Shown here one piece after another: positions 57,398-64,000 of a stretch of DNA of 64,000 nt. Source of the stretch: Candidatus Latescibacterota bacterium (GTDB lineage: Bacteria > Krumholzibacteriota > Krumholzibacteriia > WVZY01). A program made the translations under genes and the position numbers. The stretch covers positions 2,577,501 through 2,641,500 of the forward strand of contig CP070677.1 of NCBI GenBank assembly GCA_020352495.1, written 5' to 3'. A model generated the notes under the pieces. That model saw only the letters and a list, made by a program, of their open reading frames with translations, was not told the DNA's origin and searched no databases. Positions within the stretch are counted from its first letter, which is position 1. Each line of letters starts with the position of its first letter.

Positions 57398-59059
57398 CTA
57401 TTCGAAAAGAGGGGGATGTTGTTCGTTGAAGTCGGTTGCCTCCTGGTACATCCTGGCAACCGCCATGAGCGTCCCCTCGTCATATAGTCCCCCTATGAAC
57501 GAGATACTCACGGGACTTCCCTCTTCATTGAAACCGTTTGGCAGTACGACGCACGGGTGACCCGTGAGGTTTGTCAGCAGGAGATTGTCACCGCCAAATG
57601 ACGGGGCGACGTACACGTCCACTTGATCAAACAGCCGTGCCATGTCCTGGATGATCATGTGACGGATCCGATTTGCCTGAACGTACTCCACCGCGGGGAT
57701 AAAACGCGAAGATCGGAACACATTCGGCCATGCGTTTTTGATTTGACGGACCATAAGGTCGTCCCGATTCGATCTGGTGAGATCGTCGAACGCAGCCGCC
57801 GCTTCCGCGCTGAGCACAAACGCGAGCGATCCGACGGGATAGTCGGGAAGATCGATCGGAATCAGATCGACTCCAAGATCGGCCAGCTTATCCAGCGTTG
57901 CCCGATCCGTCTCTTTGAGCTCATAGTCTTCGTCGAACAGACTTTTTGTGTATCCGATTCTGATTTTCTTGAGATCGACATTCGAGTTATAGCCAAACGG
58001 CACATCGACAACCGTCTGATCCACACCATCGGGCCCAACGATGGCATCGAGCACAATCGCGCAGTCTTCCACCGTCCGGCAGATCGGCCCGATCTTATCC
58101 ATCGACCAGCTCAGCGCCATTGCTCCCGTCCGGCTAACCCGCCCGTATGTCGGACGAAGACCGGTTGTTCCACACCGCGTCGAGGGCGACACAATCGAGC
58201 CCCACGTCTCGGTGCCGACTGCAAAGGCGACCAGACCCGCAGCAGTGGCCGACGCCGAACCCGCTGAAGAGCCGCTCGAGCCCTGTTCGAGATTCCATGG
58301 ATTCAGTGTCTGCCCTCCAAACCACACATCTCCCCACGCCAGGGCGCCAAGCGAGAGTTTGGCCACCAGAACGGCACCGGCCTCTTCCAGCCTCTTGATC
58401 ACAGTCGCGTTCTCGTCGATCATTTGGTTCTTGTACGGCATCGCACCCCAAGTGGTCGTGTACCCCTTGACGGCAAGCAGGTCCTTGGCGCCGTACGGAA
58501 TCCCATGCAGGGGGCCGCGATACTTTCCAGCCGCGATTTCCTCATCGGCGAGCCGCGCCTGTTCCATCGCTAGATCTTCGGTCATCGTCACGACACACTT
58601 CAGCTTTGGACCATGTGTTTTGAGTCGCTCGATGTACACACGGGTGAGCTCTGTCGATGAGATTTTGCGCGTGCGTATCAGTTCCGAGAGGTCACGAACC
58701 GAATAAAACGCCAACTTTTCCATATCCTCTGGGACCTCGGTCCGCATTGGCAGGCTCAAGACGATCTCGTCCCCATCGATCCCAACACGTGCTCCAGCGG
58801 GTATCGGGTTAAATTGGATTGCCGGTGGTATGGGGTTCCCGATGGCAAGTGTCCGCAATTCCTTGTAACTCTCGAGATTTTCCACGAGGTCGTCGATCAT
58901 GGAATCCCTTTCCACCTGCGTGAACTGGAGACCGATTAGCTTTTCGGCCTCTGCAACCGTCGACGTCGTAATCGCCGCCCTGTCGCACGTCATTCCAAGA
59001 ATGAAAAAGACGACGCCTGTCACAACGAAAAGAGTCCCTCTTTTCCAGTGTTTGATCAT
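57398..59059 (-). CDS. Amidase-signature family protein, exported
   Basis: GPLHGIPYGAKD, GSSGSSAGSASA, GTETWGSIVSPS, SWSMDKIGP; TAAGGAG RBS; N-terminal hydrophobic segment. Confidence 0.92.
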   Translation of the reverse strand: MIKHWKRGTLFVVTGVVFFILGMTCDRAAITTSTVAEAEKLIGLQFTQVERDSMIDDLVENLESYKELRTLAIGNPIPPAIQFNPIPAGARVGIDGDEIVLSLPMRTEVPEDMEKLAFYSVRDLSELIRTRKISSTELTRVYIERLKTHGPKLKCVVTMTEDLAMEQARLADEEIAAGKYRGPLHGIPYGAKDLLAVKGYTTTWGAMPYKNQMIDENATVIKRLEEAGAVLVAKLSLGALAWGDVWFGGQTLNPWNLEQGSSGSSAGSASATAAGLVAFAVGTETWGSIVSPSTRCGTTGLRPTYGRVSRTGAMALSWSMDKIGPICRTVEDCAIVLDAIVGPDGVDQTVVDVPFGYNSNVDLKKIRIGYTKSLFDEDYELKETDRATLDKLADLGVDLIPIDLPDYPVGSLAFVLSAEAAAAFDDLTRSNRDDLMVRQIKNAWPNVFRSSRFIPAVEYVQANRIRHMIIQDMARLFDQVDVYVAPSFGGDNLLLTNLTGHPCVVLPNGFNEEGSPVSISFIGGLYDEGTLMAVARMYQEATDFNEQHPPLFE

Positions 59060-59194
59060 GGATCGCTCCTTATCCGTTTGTCGGTGAGAATCCGCGTTAC
59101 AAATAAGGTTATAGATCGTGTATTCTACCACAGGTGGTCGCATGTTCGGGATACCCATCCTTGATTCTCCGAGGAGCCTTTTTCAGGAGTCGAT

Positions 59195-60154
59195 ATGCCG
59201 CACGCGAATCGGAGGCTGACGGGATTTCTCGTCGTTCTTATCCTCGTCATCGCCGTTTTATTTGTAGGATCCCACATCTACCGCAACCGCGATCACCGGG
59301 AGCATTTCCTGGAAAAAAAGGGGGAGTTGGTGCGGATCACCGACTCGCTCATGACAGACACGGGCGATCATTTGCTCTTCGACGTGGAGCTCGAGAATGC
59401 AGAAGGAATCCGCCTAGCGGCGCTGCTCAAAGTCCCAAAACCCACGTCGGACCCAGGTGTCGCCTACCCGGTCATCGTCATGCTCGCCGGTCTTAGAACC
59501 GGCAAAAAAAGTCTCGAGTTTGTCAAGGACCCTGGCAATGTCATTTTGTTCGCCCTCGACTATCCATATGAGGGCAAGGTCAGCAAGCTCGGGTGGTGGG
59601 AATTCATCGTCCGCCTCCCCGCGATGCGTCGCGCGGTACTCAATACTGTGCCTGCCGTTATGCTCGGTGTCGACTATCTGTGCCAAAGAAACGATGTCGA
59701 TCAGACACGAATCATTCTCGCCGGGGGCAGCATCGGCGCCTTGTTCGCACCCGCGGTGGGGGCTGCGGACAACAGGATTGCCGCCGTTGCGTTGCTCTTT
59801 GGGGCAGGAGATCTCGAGGCAATATTCGAAGCGAACATGAATTTGCCCGTTGGGTTGGGTGGCCCCGCAGCATGGCTCTGCGGATTGATTACTTCCCCGG
59901 TCGAGCCATTGAAGTATATCGAAAGAATCTCCCCACGACCGTTATTGATGATCAACGGCTCCGATGATCCGAAGTTGCCCGAGAGGTGCATAAAGGGTCT
60001 GTACGAGAGGGCACGCCAGCCAAAAACAATTCGGTGGTTTCCCACCGGTCACGTGGATATACGATCCACGGAATTTCACGAGAAGATCAGAGAGGAACTC
60101 GTGCTCTGGCTTGGCGAAAACGATCTCGTGGAAGCTGATGCGTCTCGGCCTTGA
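59195..60154 (+). CDS. Membrane-anchored alpha/beta hydrolase
   Basis: N-terminal TM; GGSIG nucleophile elbow; ISPRPLLMING..D; TGH. Confidence 0.8.
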   Translation: MPHANRRLTGFLVVLILVIAVLFVGSHIYRNRDHREHFLEKKGELVRITDSLMTDTGDHLLFDVELENAEGIRLAALLKVPKPTSDPGVAYPVIVMLAGLRTGKKSLEFVKDPGNVILFALDYPYEGKVSKLGWWEFIVRLPAMRRAVLNTVPAVMLGVDYLCQRNDVDQTRIILAGGSIGALFAPAVGAADNRIAAVALLFGAGDLEAIFEANMNLPVGLGGPAAWLCGLITSPVEPLKYIERISPRPLLMINGSDDPKLPERCIKGLYERARQPKTIRWFPTGHVDIRSTEFHEKIREELVLWLGENDLVEADASRP

Positions 60155-60251
60155 ACCGCTGCGTCGATACGCCGTAAACCGTAACCTAAGACGATGAGTC
60201 CTCCGACCATGGCCACGGTTTGGTTTTCGCGTGGGCTCAAACCGGTCTCCG

Positions 60252-60854
60252 CTACGCCTCCTTTGCGCGGCGGATCGCCTTGATCTCGGAGAGAATCTCA
60301 CCCAACACGGCGGCCGAACGTCCCGCCGGTTCATCGTCTGTCTCGGCGGCCGTCGGCGCCATCCCGCTACGAAACCGCCGAAGTTCGTCGGCCACGATCT
60401 CATACACCTCCTGATGGTTTGGGAGACCGACCAATGATTCCTCGGCGCCCTTCGCACCGCTCATGCCTGCCGTTTGAATGTTGAGTGTTCCGATTCCAAA
60501 GAACCACCGGTCGAAGATGTCGCGTTTAACGGCGATGTTGGTGACGGTTCGGTACGGGACGTGTTTCACCGATTTGACGAAAATACCAACACGAACGATC
60601 ACTTCGTCATTTTGAATCTCGTAGCTGAGGCTCCGGTAATACGGCCCCACCAACAAGATCGCCACGAGCCACCAAGCGGTGTTGACGATAACCAAAACCG
60701 TGGCGACGATCCCACCCTCACGGCCCCCCTCCTCGAGACTAATCAGCCACCCCATCAGCAGGGCCGCCACGCCAATCGCCGTTGCTAGAAGTGTTACGTT
60801 GAGAGCCAACTTTCCCAGGTATTGGCCGCTGGGTCTGAAAATACGTGTTTCCAT
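60252..60854 (-). CDS. Bacterial PH-domain (YdbS-like) membrane protein
   Basis: Two TM helices, then YEI....VIVRVGIF....HVPYRTVTNI...DRWFFGIGTLNIQTAG; GGGAGG RBS. Confidence 0.85.
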   Translation of the reverse strand: METRIFRPSGQYLGKLALNVTLLATAIGVAALLMGWLISLEEGGREGGIVATVLVIVNTAWWLVAILLVGPYYRSLSYEIQNDEVIVRVGIFVKSVKHVPYRTVTNIAVKRDIFDRWFFGIGTLNIQTAGMSGAKGAEESLVGLPNHQEVYEIVADELRRFRSGMAPTAAETDDEPAGRSAAVLGEILSEIKAIRRAKEA

Positions 60855-61211
60855 GTTTTTGCCTCCCACGGCGACGTGTCTTCTTGCATTCAAAGCATCC
60901 GGCACGTCGGCGCCGTGCCAGTGCCAGATGGGAAAGGATACGCACAAACGCCCACAGGCGTCACGACGAGATCCTCTTCTCTATTCGTCTCGATCTGCCA
61001 ATCTCCGATTGTCAATACCCGGATGACGGTCGGAATATTCAACACCGAAAACGACAACAACCACAATGCGTTAGGACTACACTCCAACCGGTGAGCCACG
61101 ATCGCGGAAATGCCCTTCTCTTTTTCCTTGAAATTGCGTAACTTCCTTCCTACGTTTCTATCTCAACTGTGGGCCATTTTCTCGATACCTCAAGACTCGT
61201 CCAACTAGCTG

Positions 61212-61925
61212 ATGACAACAAACGGGCGCAATTGGTTTTACTTCGCACTGAGCGCCGGGGTGATTGCGGTTTGCTCGGTGGCTCTAATATGGATGTTTCC
61301 CGGGACCCGCGGTATCTTGTGGCTCGCTCTCTACTCGATCCCCGCCCACATGTTTATTTCCCCGTTTTCACATGAGGCGGTCCTCCTCTACTATGCCAAA
61401 TTTACCGCCGCTCATTGGTGCGCCATCGCCTCGCTCATCGGATGTCTGATCGCGGGTTTGTGGGACTACTGGCTGTTCATCCCCCTCATCCACCACCCAC
61501 GGGTCCGCTCCAAATACGCAAGAACGGGATTGTACAAAAAATCGGTCAGATTGTTTCGCAAGTGGCCGTTCTGGGCGTTGGTCATCTTTGGCCTCACACC
61601 GATTCCCTTTTACCCCATCAAGTTTCTGGCGATCGCAGACCACTATCCAATGAGGCGATACCTTCTGGCCCTCATTGTAGGACGCACACCGCGCTTCTAC
61701 GTTCTGGCTTTCCTGGGGTACGTCTTCAAACTGCCAAACTGGAGCTTGGTCGTGCTGGCCCTGATCATCCTCATCGTGACGATCGTCAAGAACCGTCAGG
61801 GAGAAAAGGGCAACGGAGATATCGAGCGAGAGACCGACTTTGCTGACGGGGTCATCGAGGTTTGCGCTGCGCCTAGCGCTTCTGAAGTTCACGCGAAATC
61901 CACAACGTCCGGTAGATCGACGTAG
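61212..61925 (+). CDS. VTT/DedA (YqaA-like) membrane protein
   Basis: PFSHEAVLL, IFGLTPIPFYPIKFLA, ALIVGRTPRF. Confidence 0.75.
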   Translation: MTTNGRNWFYFALSAGVIAVCSVALIWMFPGTRGILWLALYSIPAHMFISPFSHEAVLLYYAKFTAAHWCAIASLIGCLIAGLWDYWLFIPLIHHPRVRSKYARTGLYKKSVRLFRKWPFWALVIFGLTPIPFYPIKFLAIADHYPMRRYLLALIVGRTPRFYVLAFLGYVFKLPNWSLVVLALIILIVTIVKNRQGEKGNGDIERETDFADGVIEVCAAPSASEVHAKSTTSGRST

Positions 61926-62610
61926 CAACCGTTCCCACCGCAATCACCACGACAACGATCAGCAACACAAAGCCCGTATCGCGGCCCAAAGCGGCTGACA
62001 CGGTGGGGTCGAGGATGCCACCGACTCCCAGAAGCAACATCCGTTCAGCGCGCTGCATCAAACCTTTTTTGCACAGCACCCCGAGACTTTCACCCCGCGC
62101 CCGCGTGTAGCTCACCATCATCGATCCGCCGAATGCCAAGAGGACCGCCACAGCGCGAATTCCGGATCCAAAGAACAACGTCATGCCAATAAACGCGGCA
62201 AACTCGCTAAACCGATCGAGCGTCGAATCGAGAAACGCTCCGCTTTTGTTGGCCAATCCTCGTCCCCGGGCAACCTCTCCGTCCATGACGTCGGCAAACC
62301 CACTGAGAAGAATCATCCAGCCCGCCGTCGGAAGCTGACCCCTGGCGAAAAACACGAGGCTTCCCAAGCCAAATACAACGGCGAGTATGTTATAAAACAA
62401 CGGCGACAAACGGAGCGCCAACGAAACCCGAATCACCGGCCGAATAAACCAGTAAAACCAGTTTCGGACCCAGAAACCGAGAACAAAGGATCCTCCCCGA
62501 CCGGTTTTGTCCTGCGCGCCACTTCGCCCCTCGGGGATCGCACGGTAGACGACCATCGTAAGCGCCACGAGTCCCAGCGCTCCCACAAAAAACGACAGTT
62601 CGGCTCTCAT
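61873..62610 (-). CDS. CDP-alcohol phosphatidyltransferase
   Basis: Signature DVMDGEVARGRGLANKSGAFLDSTLDR; MVSYTRARGE; GLMQRAER. Confidence 0.93.
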   Translation of the reverse strand: MRAELSFFVGALGLVALTMVVYRAIPEGRSGAQDKTGRGGSFVLGFWVRNWFYWFIRPVIRVSLALRLSPLFYNILAVVFGLGSLVFFARGQLPTAGWMILLSGFADVMDGEVARGRGLANKSGAFLDSTLDRFSEFAAFIGMTLFFGSGIRAVAVLLAFGGSMMVSYTRARGESLGVLCKKGLMQRAERMLLLGVGGILDPTVSAALGRDTGFVLLIVVVVIAVGTVATSIYRTLWISRELQKR

Positions 62611-63707
62611 ATTGGATTTCCGTTACTGCTGGGTTTGTCCTCGCCCGCTGGTCGCGAGCGCTTCCTCCGAGGCCGCATGGCGTTCAGCACCTTGAACAGC
62701 TTGGGCCACAAAAGAAGGGCCGGCAAACGGCGCTCCGCCTTTGTGAGTTCCAGGTGGACCCCGGTCCGCCGTTCGGCCTTTCGTGCGATATAGTCGAGCC
62801 AGTCTTCAAAGGTGAGCATATACTTGGCCCAACGAAGGGTCGCACGAACCTTCGACTTGGCAAAAAACACACGCCAGTACAACCGGTCGGAGATCCCGGG
62901 CGGCTTGGTCAGACAGTAACCCCCATCGATCCGGCGAAGCCGCCCCTCCCCGACTGCCTCCTCGAGGATTCGTCCGTACATCAGCGTAAAGTACGACCTT
63001 TGGGCGTCGAAAACTTCACGCACCCGAGCCTGCGATTCCGGACGGATCTCGCCGGCGTAGGACACATCGAGCATCCGGAGACAGAACTCGAGGACGGTGA
63101 ATCTCTCCGGAAGATATACGGGGACCCATTCGACCGATACGCGGCGTGCGGTTTCGATTTCTTCCTCGATCTGTTCGCGTTCGCGGATGCTCCGGCTGTA
63201 CACGATCTGGAAGCGTTGCACGAGCCGCCCCCGGCAAAAGTGATCACGGGCATCCGGGGACAACGCTTTGCCAAAGTCCTCGCGACTTATCACAAAACAT
63301 TTTGCCCCGCCGCGCAGATCCCCCGGATCACGCAGATAAATGATGTTAGGGGGCATGATTCGATTCAACGCGGCCATGATGCTTGCCCGTCGAGCCGCGG
63401 GGAGCCTTATATGAATGTCCCTGTAGAAGGCCCAGTAGTCCTCGACAATCACAAAAAGATCCGCTGCGCTGTCGGCGGTCGGGGAAGTCCCCACAAGAAC
63501 CGACCCGAAAAAGACCACCGCCACCAGATTGGACCCACACGCCTCGGACAAAATGTCAAGACTCTCGCGGACCTGCGGGGCGATTTCGGGTTGCGGGCCA
63601 TGACCAGTACCCGCCCCCGCAGGATGAAGCTCCCGAACGACACCTGGCTTTTGCCGTTTCGAAGCGTCACGCCCCTTGTGTATCGGATCCGTCTCGTAGT
63701 CCGACAT
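62607..63707 (-). CDS. Tam41/Mmp37-like nucleotidyltransferase (putative phosphatidate cytidylyltransferase)
   Basis: VVFFGS...ADLFVIVEDY, LNRIMPPNIIY, KCFVIS..DF, GRLVQ, SYAGEIRPE; lies between acyltransferase and CDP-alcohol transferase genes. Confidence 0.65.
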   Translation of the reverse strand: MSDYETDPIHKGRDASKRQKPGVVRELHPAGAGTGHGPQPEIAPQVRESLDILSEACGSNLVAVVFFGSVLVGTSPTADSAADLFVIVEDYWAFYRDIHIRLPAARRASIMAALNRIMPPNIIYLRDPGDLRGGAKCFVISREDFGKALSPDARDHFCRGRLVQRFQIVYSRSIREREQIEEEIETARRVSVEWVPVYLPERFTVLEFCLRMLDVSYAGEIRPESQARVREVFDAQRSYFTLMYGRILEEAVGEGRLRRIDGGYCLTKPPGISDRLYWRVFFAKSKVRATLRWAKYMLTFEDWLDYIARKAERRTGVHLELTKAERRLPALLLWPKLFKVLNAMRPRRKRSRPAGEDKPSSNGNPI

Positions 63708-63718
63708 CTTTCCCACCC

Positions 63719-64000
63719 TCAACTGTCGGCGGTCGTTTTGTCAACCTGCCGTATTTCCTCCAGTTTTGTTCGCATGTGGCGTTCCATGCTATCGATAAAG
63801 GCATCCGCGCCATCGGCACCGTCAAACGCGAACGGTCCTACACTGTCGACCCTTATCCTCATCGAGCTCACGTTTCGAATAAATCCACCGACGCTGGTCG
63901 ATTGCCAAAGCCCATCCAAAACCACGACGTATACCGACCACTCACGCGCGCCGAGAATCGCTTTGAGCCCCCCCGTTCGGAATGGTCTGATCCCGCCATC
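63719..64000 (-). CDS. Probable lysophospholipid/1-acyl-G3P acyltransferase (C-terminal part only)
   Basis: Open frame to the window edge: DGGIRPFRTGGLKAIL...VYVVVLDG, matching the segment that follows FPEGTRS in PlsC-like enzymes. Confidence 0.6.
   Translation of the reverse strand, partial: DGGIRPFRTGGLKAILGAREWSVYVVVLDGLWQSTSVGGFIRNVSSMRIRVDSVGPFAFDGADGADAFIDSMERHMRTKLEEIRQVDKTTADS

Noticed and set aside
1..64000. tRNA/rRNA, CRISPR arrays, IS or prophage genes, selenocysteine read-through
   Set aside because: None seen by eye; the Mo enzymes have Cys at the likely ligand positions and uninterrupted frames. Short RNAs could have been missed without a covariance search

Overview
Gene-dense bacterial chromosomal window with about 50 CDS and no rRNA, tRNA, CRISPR array or transposase that I can see. 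Secreted proteins with a C-terminal 'S[TS]WGxxKxxY' tail and one with an FlgD-Ig/T9SS-like tail suggest an uncultured FCB-related lineage such as Krumholzibacteriota or Latescibacterota (inference). The left part holds an OmpA/MotB lipoprotein, an OsmC-hydrolase fusion, a beta-propeller + MFP + two-RND export operon, NfuA, two YjbQ paralogs, small secreted proteins and a molybdopterin oxidoreductase-cysteine desulfurase fusion. The middle holds an oxaloacetate-node cluster (aminotransferase, pckA, odd HATPase protein, eukaryote-type citrate synthase), a tricorn protease, an acyl-CoA synthetase, a Moco cluster with a MOT1-type transporter, a beta-barrel with twin lipoproteins, and a second Mo enzyme with a fused DmsB/C partner. 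The right part holds a membrane Ser/Thr kinase-TPR followed by two duplicated 100-aa genes that each keep their own promoter and leader, a PadR-CocE-TPR operon, an amidase, and a lipid operon with a Tam41-like nucleotidyltransferase. The best candidates for undescribed systems are (1) the kinase-TPR with twin 'YKY...DDP' proteins and their conserved leader, (2) the WGxxK C-terminal tail, (3) the Mo-enzyme-IscS fusion and (4) the Tam41-like lipid operon. All family calls come from motif recognition by eye; no database searches were run.
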